From positions 9,883,846 to 9,947,845 of the forward strand of contig CM082577.2 of NCBI GenBank assembly GCA_040954595.2: DNA of 64,000 bases. Direction: 5' to 3'. Every line of letters begins with the position of its first letter. The first letter of the stretch is position 1. The position numbers and the translations under genes were made by a program. The notes beneath the pieces are model-generated. The model made no database searches. It saw only the letters and a list, made by a program, of their open reading frames with translations, and was not told where the DNA came from. This document shows positions 50,941-63,459 of this stretch, in pieces. The stretch is from Balanoglossus misakiensis (taxonomy: Eukaryota > Animalia > Hemichordata).

Positions 50941-53900
50941 CAGATATACGTGAGATTGCGGAGGAGACGACGACGACGTTCTCCGTGCGCTGCTGTTAGC
51001 GGCGCGGCACCAAGACAGAAACATGAACCGAGCGTGCGAGACATAGCCAAAGACTTCGCCGTGCGAACAACCTCCCACGGCATATCGCGGATAGCCCAGT
51101 CCAAATCCCGACTGCGAAAGTCGATGTGGGCTCTGATCGTGGTCGCCTCGTTCATCGGTTACAGCGTCCACGTCGGCACCCTGGTCTCCAAGTACTTGAA
51201 GTACGACGTGGCCATCAAGATGAGCGTATTTTCGGGCGATTCTGTGCTTTTCCCCGCCGTCACCGTCTGCAACTCCAACAAACTGAGGTTGTCAGAAGTC
51301 CAGAAGGGCAGTTATGCAGACCTCGCAATAGTCAACGAACCGCGTTTTTCATTTACGTACCGCGGTAAGTAATAATTGTATTTTATCATGTTGTTGTTGT
51401 GTTTGTTTATCGTGGTTCCCTATTATCGTTCATTCATCAATGTCTTGTCAGTACGTTCATTTGTTTGTATGTTGTTATTCAGCTGTTTGTTTCCTTATTT
51501 TACTCTGTGCACTCTTTTTATTTCAAACGAACCTTTTATTGGGGCAACCTGTTGGTTCGTGAATAAATAAATATACCGGCATATTTCATGTTTATGTATA
51601 TTCATTGGTCTCTAAATAGGTGAATATGCTGAAGAGATTAGTAGTAGAACGCTAACTCGAAGCAACAAGAACACGACTGCTTGGGGCAATACGCAAGCTT
51701 TGAAAGACCACTTTTTCGAAAACTAATGACATATTTTTGCGAAATGACGTGTTGTCTATATCAGTACAGCCAGAGAATAATAGCTTACCTAAATAGCGTG
51801 TGATGTCCGGACTGTAAAACCTTTCCCCTGCGGCAGTCAATCCCTGAATAGGCGTCACTCCCCATCTCTCTATTTGTTTCTTTATGAATGTCGCCTTTTT
51901 CATCATTACTGGTTTTTCTGTCTGCTTGGTATTGTATGGGACGTGCAAGCCGTAGGTGATGAATGCTTCTTTTTATCTGTATTTAAACAGAGATCTTTTG
52001 ATATTGACTTCCAACAATGGAAAACAAGCCTGCTCAATACTTCGAAGTTAGATACATTCCGACTTTTTAAAAATAATCTTGTATTTGAGAAGTATTTATG
52101 TGTTATTAATGTGGAGATATTCAGAAGGACTTTATGTAAATTTCGAGTGTCAAATCACAATTTGCGTATAGAGTAGATTTGAAAATATTCCAAGGGAAGA
52201 CAGAGTTTGCCAGTTATGTAGTACAAATCAAATAGAAAACGAATTTCATTTTAATTTGTTTAGTTTGCCCCATATACGAGGACTTGAGGAAACGTTTTCT
52301 TCCTTCTTACTGTCATGCCATACCAACAGAAGCAAAATTTATAAATATCCTTAATTCTCAACATCCCAGTTCTATTATGAATTTATCCAATTTTATTTTT
52401 TACAGTTTCAAACGAAGGGAAAATTTGATACAAGATATTATAAATGTGCAGTAACGTGTAATGTATAGCTGACCTAAAGTTGGTCTGTTTGCTTACTGTA
52501 TCGATTGTAAGGAAGGCCGGTGGCCTATATTTACCGAATAAACAATATATATACGTATATATCTCAATTAAGTTGCAAGGACATTACTGCTGGGCCATGG
52601 GACAATAGATACGCTGTCACCATACGAAGGCCATCGCGAGAAGAGCAGTGAATGTAAATCAGGAAATAGAATTAAAAAATGTTTTATTTATTTATATAGT
52701 GTTGTCGCGAGATGGTAATCTTTTTCAATGCATATTTTGCCATCGTGGCAACCGTTCTCCTTGATGTGTTGATGACAGGGGTAATTATGGGTTGAACGCT
52801 CTGACGGATGCAGTGATCAATCTCGCTGTCGGGGTCTCTAAAACCAGGGGATCTACAATGTAACAAGGCTACCGCAGACCAGTCCTAACTGGATGCCATA
52901 TTTGAGAGAGCATACTAATGCGACATTCTGTAAAGCGCCATTGGACATTTTTTCATGGATACCAGGCGTTATATAAAATCATTATCGTATACCCGTATAT
53001 TCAATTGGATATTCAAGCAAAAATTAGTGGCGGGGTCAAAACGTCTTCAAAGGGCACAAAAAGTAAGAAATAGACAAATGTAGGCCTATACCCAATGTTA
53101 TGCAGACAGGTAAATGCCGCGTCAATAGTCCAAATAGTCCCACCACAGACTTTTGTCCTTATCTGCGGTCCTACGTCGTACGTTTTAAAGACGCTTTGTG
53201 TATTACCCGCCAATTTCTTTCGTGTTAGTAATTATTCAGATAGGCCACCGGAATAAGCATGGCTCCCTTCTGAAAATTTAAATACCATGTAAATAGCATA
53301 ACAGAACTCATCAGTTATAATTAGAAACACATTGATTGCTTGAACCCTATTGTATTTCCATTTACCATTTATTATTGCTTGTTTTGTAGTCAGTGAACCT
53401 CCTGCCTAAAGCAATCTACCGAAAACATTATTATTACTTTTGACGAAAACGGATTTTGGTACGATTTACAATTGAATGTTACAGGCAGCTCCCGGACCGT
53501 TAAAATACATGATGTGTCACGTTATATAGGAACCGGCGTGTAATTTATGAAGTTAATTATGTGGACACCGTAGAGAGTGAGATATGTCAACTATTGTACG
53601 TTGAAAATGGGCCAAGAGCGTTAAATGAATGCTTGTCCAGGGGTTGAGTGACACGTTTATGAACATGGCGAACCTGGCGACACTATGGGCCGCAATACTC
53701 AAAGGGGTTTTGTTGGATAGGGCAGCGTTAGCCGCCTGACTCAGGCTACGGTAATCCACGACCCGGATGCTTGTATTGTCCGTTTGTCGCGTCCCTTGCT
53801 TAAGGTTAAGGTTGTATCCTCCTCGACAATCAAAATCTTTAACTTTGTTGTCAGGGTTTGCTCTATTTAACTTAAGATTATTCGCTCTTAATATTAGAGC

Positions 53901-56900
53901 GTAAAAATTGGGGGTCACCGTGCACATTTTCTGGTCGGGAGATTCGTTATTAACAACTGCGTGCGGTAAGTATTGTAATTCTCTGACAGAATGAAGCTCA
54001 TTTTCCTTTCCGTTATTGAAGCTATTGTAAAGTAAGGTAGTGTGATGTTACTAATATGTTGTAACCTAATACCACAATACACGTCACTAAGGTGCCTCTC
54101 TCTTCAATGCCATGGTCCTAAGGTCAACATGGTAAATATTCTAAGTATATAATCAGAGCTAATGCTTCACTCATTTCCCTCTAGAAAATGTGACACTCAT
54201 TTGAACTAATTACACTCTATCCTATAGCTGGTATACGAGTAATTTTGGGTTTATATTATTTCTTTGCTCATTTTCAATGGAGTATTTGAACTCGTACTAT
54301 CATAATATGGGCCTCAATGCTAATCGAATATTACTTGATGATAGGTCCGTGTATGCCCGGCGATCCAGCCTGTGACGACGATAATAAGGTCTGCATCAAA
54401 CGCTACATGTGGTGTAATGGCATCGTGGACTGTGCTAACGGCGTTGATGAAACGGATTGCAACACTGGTACGTGATTAAATGTATAGGCCTATTGTTGTT
54501 TATAAGGATGTGCGACCGATTAATTAAAAGTGTTCTCATTTCTTATACGTTTGTGTTTTTTTTTCGATTGAACGTGAATCACAAGATGGAGTGTAATTAA
54601 TGCAATGGATGTGACTTATTCCCTTTCAAAGGAAATTGCCTGCCCGACCAGTACAAGTGCGACAACGGGAAGTGTCTCCCTCTAGAGTTGAAGTGCAACT
54701 TCCGGGACGATTGTGGCGACAACAGCGACGAGCTGGGAGGAGGATCGTGTGGCATAAGTAAGTGTATTATGACGTCACTACTTCACTCATTCAGAGCCGG
54801 AGGGAATGCTCGTAATCGTAAACATACAGGAGGTGTTAAGAGTTGCTACGGCATGCCTTCACAAAAGCAGTATCTCCGAAAATGCACATTCGTCACAGTC
54901 AAAAGTGACATGTGTGAAACACATTTGTACAACTTACACCGACCCCAGTCATCGACCTGGTTATTCTTTCAAAAATGCCATTTATCCGTTCGTTGTTCAG
55001 GAGGTTGCGTGTATGGGGAATTCAGGTGTGAAGAAACGATGCAATGTTTACCAGTGCACGTACTGTGCAATGGCCGCGCGGACTGCGCCGACGGCACCGA
55101 TGAACCCGCTGGCTGGTTTTGTGAATCATATAAGGGTAACGTATGACACACATAAAGGTAGTTCGTCATTGCCAATCCAGTTCGACCTTCTCTATGACTT
55201 TCCAACCGACATGTCTGCCTACCCTACCACAATAACCTACTAACAGATAGATAAACAGTTGAACGTGCGTACAGAAGGAGCATGGAGAGTGATGTACGTT
55301 GATGTATACTGTTTCTATACTCTATTAAAGAAAATATTACATGTACTTGTATTTTACAGCCGGTTTTTGCACATACGATTTCTCTACTGGTTCTCGTAGT
55401 TGTCGGGGACGTAAGTACTCCATGTTTGTTATGTCAAAGAACTCTCAATTCTCATCCTTCGTACGCCTCTAATATTTCTATATAATAATGTGTTCACAAC
55501 TGTTCTTGTTTATCGTAATGCAATTTTATTAAAACCGGCATATCATTACAAAGCCATTAGGCCTATAATGGGAAAAGAGCATTGAAAATCACTGTGATAT
55601 TTTTTTTTAGATTTTGAAATGTGGTCTCTTGTATATTAGTCGAGTGTCAATAATCGTCCACAGAATTATCTTTAATACCTAACCCCAAATCTTGATGTTC
55701 ACCTGGGTATTACTGTTTTTTGCTGTTGCTTAGAACCCTTGTCTTGGGCTCACTGCCCAAGTGGGTTCGAGTACCTACCCTGTGAAGGACATGCGAATCC
55801 AACTTGCTTGCCGGAGTCGAATATATGCGATGGCAAAGTGGACTGCCAACTCGGCACGGATGAGAACGCCTGTCATCATTGTGAGTATGGCCTTCCAATC
55901 CCACGAACTCGAAAAAATTGTGAACATTCTAAATTGTTACACACTTCATCCGCAGACTGCGTTCTCATTCGACAATTGATAGTCACGTGGTGTGCGTTCT
56001 TTTTGTGCTGTTTTTTAAAGTACATTGTAACCGCTATTTGAAGTAACCATGTTCCTGTACTAGGTTCGAAGCTTGGATATCAGTGAACCGGTGTTACAAC
56101 CTTACATATAGAAAAAAAACAAATGTATTAAAAATAAAGCAAATACCAATGCCAATTCAGGTCTGAAATTTTAAATGGATGTTATTTTGTTTCATGAAAC
56201 CAAAAGATTATTTCAAATGCCCGTATGGGAAGTTCAAGTGTGACAGTGGTCAGTGTGTTCCTGAAGGCAAACTATGTGATGGTAGAATGGACTGCAAGGA
56301 TGGCAAAGATGAGATGAGCTGTCAAGGAGGTCAGTCTTTGAAATAAGTATCAATTTCAGACGTTATAATATACAGATGACAAATACATTCAGTACAGTAA
56401 GTGAGACAGGCAGGCAGGCAGGAAGACAGACGGACAGACAGACAGACAGACAGACTGGCAGGCAGGCATGCAGAGAGACAATTTTAGAGCTCAAATGATA
56501 TTGTCTGCACTCTTAATAGATAAAGTCGAAAGACGTAACTCAACATGGCTTTGCAGTGATGCTGACGAAGTAGGAATTCACGTTGCTTTGAGGTGCAATG
56601 GCTATCCGAACTGTGACAATGGAACAGATGAAGAAGACTGTGAAAAATGTGAGTCTTTTTATTTCAGTTCAACACGCGTGATATAAGAATCTCTCAATGT
56701 AATACGCGATCCATGACTGTATGAATATACAAAAGCTTCGAGGAGAATCTTCTAAATTTGTTGTTGTTTTTGTCGACGTTGTCGCATTGGTTGTTTGTGT
56801 TGCTGTTACGTTGTTGCCGTTGTTCTAGTTGTCAGCAAGCTGATATAAGGCGACTAGTAAAATAAGACTTAAGTTTGCAGTAAATGTCAATGGTAACGAA

Positions 56901-59900
56901 TGAAAATGATATCCTTAAAAAACAATATATGATGTTTGTTTGTGTATGTTATTTGTTTGTTTGTTTGTTTGTTTACAGACGAGTGTCCTGTTGGCATGAT
57001 CAAGTGCCAACGGTCTTATCTGTGTGTCGAGTCCTCGAAAGCATGTGACGGCAGCTACGACTGCTCGTATGGTTCTGAATTTGATCCAACTGACGAAGAA
57101 AACTGCGAAAACTGTAAGTTATGCTCGCCTTTTCTTTTTTCCACTTACAGTAGGGTCGCCGCCATACAAAAGACACAATTAATGAAAGCGACATTGAACA
57201 TTCTGGGAAAACCATGAATGATGATATTTTGATAGCAAGCCAAAGATCCGTATATGTTAAAATGGATAGGTAAAGGGGATACGTTGTGTGTGTCTAAAAT
57301 CAATGGAGTCAAACTTATAGAGACGTCCACTGTTTTCTTTTATACGTCATGCTGTTTTCTGTCTTTGACTCTCTGGGGAAAGCTCTGAAATAAAAAATAG
57401 CACGACTAGATGGAATCGGACGAGCCAAAACATATCCACGTGGTTAATTGAGATTGCTGTATACTAAATTCGTATTTGCTGAAATGATGTTGTTTTAATA
57501 CCGGGGCATTTCTACCCACTGAGACTTATTCTTAGAATGCGTTTCTTTCTGTGTTACAGTTGTTTGTCCTCCAGAAAAATTCCAATGCGGCAATGGTCAA
57601 TGTATCGACATCAATAAACGATGCGATTTAAATCTGAATTGTCTCGATTCTAGCGACGAATACAATTGCACACAAGGTAATACCATTCTTGTATATAAGA
57701 TCTATTAAAAGCGTGGTGTATTAACGATGAATTTTCCAAGGGCAACGAAAATATCTCTTCGAATCAAACATTAAATTTCATCGCTCTTGTACACATTTCG
57801 CAGGCGACTGTGAGGAGGGATCGAGTTTGTGCAGTACGGAAAGTCAGGCCTTCTGTCTCCGTAATACATTCTGGTGTGACGGTATAACAGACTGCTATGA
57901 CGGGGAAGATTATCAGGATTGCAGCGACTGTAAGTATTATTCTGTTGTGTTCTCACTGATGAGGATGGGTATAGCATTGGTGAAATAAGCGACGTTGAAG
58001 GACAGATGGCTAGTCGATTCTTCACTTCTATACCATGCCACACGGTGTACGCGGTATCAGGATTGTTGATTTATGGATGCCATGTCACATTTGACGGATT
58101 TGATAAATTTTAGCCCATAGCACGTACTTGCAAAACACTAGTGCCATCTTTTCCAACAGACACCTGCCCAGACGTTCAATTTCGCTGTGGCCTGGTCTGT
58201 AAACCCATCGAACTTCGCTGTGACTTGACAGGCGATTGCCCTGGTCTAACTGATGAAGTGGACTGCGAGAACCGTAAGTGAAATGAAACAAAATCGTCCT
58301 TGGTCCCCCGTCGCTTACCTCATTTGATATAGAAGTCACAGAAATGCAGGAAATCAGATACAATATGAGCGACGAACGGCAGCTAAGTCATGAACCACCA
58401 AAAGCTAATTCGAACATTGTTTCCTGGACCTATGACACGCCACATGTACGACTGGATCTTATTGTATGCATTTGTGTTCCTGGCCATTATCTCAAATGCG
58501 AGTTGCCAATAACATTCTGCAAGGTCCGATCGATATTTAACATATATGTAAATATACATGCTGTGGCATTGGTATTTTCAGACATGTGTCCAGAAGGTTT
58601 CTTCAGATGTCGCAGCGGACAGTGCATACGTCATCACCTGTACTGTGACGAACCGACACGACCAGACTGTGCTGATGGCAGCGATGAGCTCTTTTGTAAC
58701 GGTATATATGTGACACGATTCTTTGTATTTCAACCTCGTACACACACAGGGTGGAGTGACATTCTTCCAGAGTGTACATTTGCTTCTAAAGTGTCATAGC
58801 ATAAAATTGCGAGTGTCTTTTGAAACGTCGTGTGTGTCGAGCCATGACGGGGATAATGTTGTTGATAGGAAATATTCCAGTTACACTGACTGCTGGAGTC
58901 ATATTGTTTAACACTTCTCTGTAGAGTTGTCTTATATTCTGCTGTATAAAGCGATTGTTCAGTACATATATATATATATATGAACAGTCGTATTACAAAT
59001 GTGTTTTCAAACTGGATCAACATTACCTCTGTCGTTTCTGCCATTATTGCTGTGTAATAAAAGTAAATCAATTCTTTTACATCCTTATTTATCATCATTG
59101 AAATTACTAACGTCCAGTAATGTAGGTGTTAAATATATCGCTCTGGTTTTTATTTCAGCGACCTGTGGAGAAAATCAATTGCAGTGTGTCAGTGGGTGGT
59201 GTGTTGATTCATCCCTCCACTGTGATGGTGTCAATGACTGTGGCGATGGTACTGATGAAAGAAATTGTACACGTTAGTATACATGCACCCGCGCAAAGTT
59301 TATTGACATTTCTTATGACATTCTCTTTTTTATCCCAGAAGGCCGTGGATGTAGGAGAGTCTGTGGACGTTTTGTTGCTGGGAAAATGTATTGAAAGACA
59401 AAATCGTTGTTTACCACGACTATACTAATAGCCCTGTTTTGATGATATGCCATTTGCATGTTGATTGTCTTGTGTTCCTCTCGTCTCCGAAATTGTAACT
59501 CACGCGTGACCACCTCTTTTGCATGATTCACAACGCAGTTTGTAATGACACACAGTACACGTGCCAATCAGGGTTTGACGAAGGCGACCGTGTCGTGGCA
59601 AAGTGCATCCCCGGTAACCGCGTGTGTGATCGTTTCGTCAACTGCCATTTCGGCGACGATGAAAATGGATGTGAATACGGTAAGATATCCGGTTGCTCCA
59701 ACTAACTTCTTCACTTTAGTGTTGTTGATTTAAATCGCAATATAAATGTTAACAGATGATTTGCGAACTCGCTGACACGTAACTTCATTTCCCCTTTCAG
59801 TTGTGCGTGACGTCACATCCGAAAAGGGTTGGAACGGAAGATACACTAACATCACCGAGAATCCGACCGTTTACGAAGAGTTCAGAGAACACTTTTTCGT

Positions 59901-62900
59901 CAACAGACCGATAGACTTCATTCCGAAGCAGCATCCTCCATTATGGGACCATTTTGTGGTGTCTAGTAACACACCAGATTTCAGCGATTTACAGGATGTT
60001 CTAAGGCTAACCAAAGAAGAAATCAAAACCCTAGGACACCAGGGAGAAGACTTGATTTTACAGTGTACATATGATCAGCAGGAATGTAACTATGGGTGTG
60101 TATGGTCAAAATCGTTTGGGGCATGGTGCCCTCACTATTTTCTGAATTTCCTAACAATGTTTTCCGTGTTTAACCTCAGCTTCCTGCAGGCTGCCGGCAA
60201 ATCTGTAAATGCACCCCAAACATACATTTCGTATTCTAACATTACGAGATAAATTTGTCCCTCTCTTGGTGTCTCAGAGACTTCTATCAATTCCAAGATG
60301 ACGTCTATGGCAACTGTTACACATTCAACCATGGAAGAAACGGCTCCCCTCTACGAAAGGCATCCAACACCGGGTCAGAGTTTGGTAAGTCTTTACACAT
60401 TCAGTGGTCAAGTGAACCCGATATCACTTGGCAACCGATAATTTCATGTAGTCGCGGCTATTCTGTCAAGGCGTCGCACCGTCCTACATTTAGTGCCTCT
60501 TACTGTAATCAACCACCTTGATATAAACTCTTTCAGGTTTAAAACTGACGTTGTTCACCGAACAGGCCGAGTACATAAGCATCTTTGGCCAGGAAACCGG
60601 TGTCCGGTTCGTCGTTCACGATCCAGACACAACGCCCTTTCCGAAGGACGAGGGATTAGATGCAAAGACAGGGACGGCAACCTCGGTTATCTTAAAGGAG
60701 GTAATGTCTTAATGTTGCCTACGTTTTGTAACACCGACGAATAAGCGTTATTCCATGAAAAGACCAGAACAGAATGTGAGATAATGGATGCATACCACGT
60801 TCATGTGACTTTTAGGTGTTGAATATATAATCCGGTAGAAACAATCTCTCCCCAAATGATGCCACCTCGGTCTTGGTACAAATTTGACGTGTATGTTAAA
60901 ACATTACACCGGACCAAGTTTAAGAGGGGCATTTTCTATGCGCAGTTGACCCTCTGTTTCCCCTTTGTTCCCAATAAACAGTTCCAAGCACAGGCGAAGG
61001 ATCTTTTGTTTGGCCTTTAACTTATCACACGTTCTGTTGCAGCGAATGGAGGAGCGTATGCCACATCCACATGGAAACTGTACAGACCAAAAATACGTGG
61101 ACTCGGGAGCTTATTTTTATTCTATGAGGGTAAGAGCCAACACTGAAGGCTGCATCGATAATACCTCAATTTGTGAAAAGAAAACGTTAAATAGCCCCCT
61201 GTAATGTGTAGGTATTCACTTAAAGATTTGTTTGCGAATCATCTGCCGCTTTCAAAACAGTCAACCCCTGCTAATATTTTATCAACGTGACCATGGATAC
61301 AATATACAACAAAATACTGTTCCAGAAAATGTGTTGAAGATTGTATTTTTTTTTACAAATGCAGGCTTGTCAGAGAGATTGCCTGAACATGGAGATGTAC
61401 AAATTGTGCGGATGTGTAAATGTTTTCTATCTGGACAAACCACAATGTGATATTTTCAATAAGACACAAGGTAAGGGGACAAAGTTGTTGTCACTTTACA
61501 TTGTATTGTATTGTATTGTATTGTATTGTATTGTATTGTATTGTATTGTATTGTATTGTATTGTATTGTATTGTATTGTATTGTATTGTATTGTATTGTA
61601 TTGTATTGTATTGTATTGTATTGTATTGTATTGTATTGTATTGTATTGTATTGTATTGTATTGTATTGTATTGTATTGTATTGTATTGTATTGTATTGTT
61701 AACAATGTGTCGTTACTTTTTGTTATATTACCAATATTTTCTTCGATGCCAATATTATTGGTTGGCAGGGTCTCCCTTAACAGTGAGGGAGAATGATGAT
61801 GGTGTGTTTAGTCGCACATGTGCGGTTCAGGCGACCCCCCCCCCCCTCTTTAAATGATAATATCGATAGTAACTGCCAATGGTTCTTTTCAGATGCCTGT
61901 GTTCAGCTGATGTACTTTTTCTATCAGAATGGAAAACTCAACTGTGACTGTCGACAACCTTGCAGGTGGGACATGCATGCGTGGAGTCAATACCCATATT
62001 TAAAGCGTCGTAAATTTTAAAATGGGAAAACACTGTTTAATTTCCGGAGGAAGTGTACAGATAAATTTAACCTTTAATTCCATACTTGACGGGGCTAACG
62101 TTGGCGTCGTGGGAGTCGTTTGTGCATGTGCCTTTGACATTTCACGCTTGTTGCTGTACTGATGATTGTTTTTTCACGGTCTGTGATCTTTAAAAAAATA
62201 CTTAGTAGTTTCTTACCATTTCTGCAACAGAATTACTCAGTATTCCAAAATGATGTCCCTCACCTCGTGGCCGTCAACTTCGTACTCAGTAAGTAACGTG
62301 AGATTTCTAAGATAATTAAAGATGCAAGAACAACCGTTTTAGAAATGAAGGGCATCGGTTTATCTTGTTCACTGCTTGAAAACTAGATTGTTACGTGAAA
62401 TATTTGTTTTCTCTACGTGATTAGATATATTATCTATTTGTTTATCTACTCCCTTCCACTCACTCACTCACTCACTCACTCACTCACTCACTCACTCACT
62501 CACTGTTTTGCCTTCTTTCAAAAGCCTAATTTGTTAAGTAGCCTACTAGCAGTGAATCCAAAAATAAGATCCTTAATGGCAAAAGACGACGGAATAAGGT
62601 ATGGCTTTGTTTTATGTTTTTTGTGACATAGAGATTCTTTTCTTATTCGGACGAAATCAATCAATCAATCAATCAATCAATCAACAATTGAAATATGTGA
62701 CAGTGATTGACGTATGACATTAATTTCTTAAAACTGACGTGGGGTGTAATATAGGATTCACAAGCTGCAGAATACATGTTGAATTTGATGAAATGCCTGT
62801 CGCAAACATTGGTTTGCTAAGAATATTGTGTTTTCATTTTTTCCAGCGAAAACCTGGCACGTTTGAAGGTATATTTCGAATCACTGAATTATGAACTTGT

Positions 62901-63459
62901 GTCAGAGGTTGAAGATTACCCAGTGAGTATTACGGTGTTTAACTTGTTAACGTTACGACGAATGGCTGTTTTGCAGGGCTAGTCGTCAAAGGCATGCCTT
63001 TCCTATCTCGGAGTTGTTAGAGGGGTTTTAGTCAACCTGATGTGTTCTTAGCAACGGAATGACAATGACGCAAGGTCATGTATACATGTAGGAGTTACTG
63101 AAATGCCCTATTACAAAGCTATGTTCCCAACCCGAGTTTTCTATCCTCACAACTCGGGTATATCATCAGAGCGGCTCGATGTACATATATGCTAGCCCCT
63201 ATACACTCTGAACGGTAATTTTCAGATACAGTACTGCCAGATTCACGGGCGTCTTGTCGTCTGTTTGTTTCTGTAGCTCAGTCACCTGTGGGCTGATATA
63301 GGGGGCGCACTTGGCCTGTGGATTGGTCTCTCTCTCATCACTGTCGTCGAGTTCGTAGAATTTGTCTTCGAAGTGTGCACCAGAGCCAAAAGAGAACGAA
63401 GAGGGCGCCACCATGTTAGAAAAGATACAGTTAGCCAAAACCAAGAAGAGAGGTCTTAG
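50941..63459 (+). CDS. DEG/ENaC (amiloride-sensitive channel family) subunit with 13 extracellular LDL-receptor class A repeats (~1,100 aa); start codon not resolved
   Basis: Exon ~50941-51364 carries the pre-TM1 TTSHGISRI, TM1 WALIVVASFIGYSVHVGTLV and FPAVTVCNSN. LDLa/linker exons: 54345-54467, 54632-54757, 55001-55135, 55360-55410 (linker), 55734-55880, 56207-56329, 56520-56648, 56979-57113, 57560-57676, 57804-57929, 58160-58273, 58582-58701, 59159-59272, 59539-59679. Channel exons: 59801-60095 (LGHQGEDLILQCTY), 60278-60384 (YGNCYTFN), 60537-60700 (GLKLTL..GVRFVVHD), 61043-61129, 61365-61470, 61893-61965 (Cys-rich thumb), 62231-62288 (WPS), 62525-62598, 62847-62922 (NLARLKVYFESLNY) and 63277-63459 (TM2 LWADIGGALGLWIGLSLITVVEF). 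All phases join in frame. Confidence 0.9.
51890..52545 (+). mobile_element. 5'-truncated, decayed non-LTR retrotransposon (CR1/L2-group-like ORF2 C-terminus) in the DEG/ENaC intron
   Basis: Translation SKLDTFRLFKNNLVFEKYL...RRTLCKFRVSNHNLRIE*, continuing after frameshifts as NIPREDRVCQLCSTNQIENEFHF..VCPIYEDLRKRFL, matches the typical LINE C-terminal CxxC..H..C segment. It ends with aataaa plus a short repeat. Confidence 0.75.
52780..52985 (+). mobile_element. Possible SINE/L2-type 3' tail fragment
   Basis: Ends ...tgtaaagcgccattggac...ggcgttatataaaatcattat, which resembles L2/SINE 3' tails; recognised from memory only. Confidence 0.35.
54345..59679 (+). other. Array of 13 LDLa module exons within the DEG/ENaC gene
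   Basis: Each exon encodes an LDLa-type Cys pattern ending in C-x-D/N-x-x-D-E-like motifs, e.g. CPPEKFQCGNGQCIDINKRCDLNLNCLDSSDEYNC and CGENQLQCVSGWCVDSSLHCDGVNDCGDGTDERNC. All exon lengths are multiples of 3 and phase 1-1. Confidence 0.93.
61500..61699. repeat. (ATTGT)n pentanucleotide microsatellite, ~40 units
   Basis: Pure run in a DEG/ENaC intron; source of the IVLYC ORFs. Confidence 0.97.
62457..62503. repeat. (CACT)n microsatellite
   Basis: Visible just upstream of the 62525 acceptor. Confidence 0.85.

Noticed and set aside
54345-59679. Separate LDLR/LRP-like gene nested in the channel intron
   Set aside because: No signal peptide, EGF/YWTD repeats, TM or stop was seen. The exons are on the same strand and in phase with both flanking DEG/ENaC exons.
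61341-61857. IVLYC-repeat ORFs
   Set aside because: Read-through of a real DEG/ENaC exon (61365-61470) into the (ATTGT)n intronic repeat.
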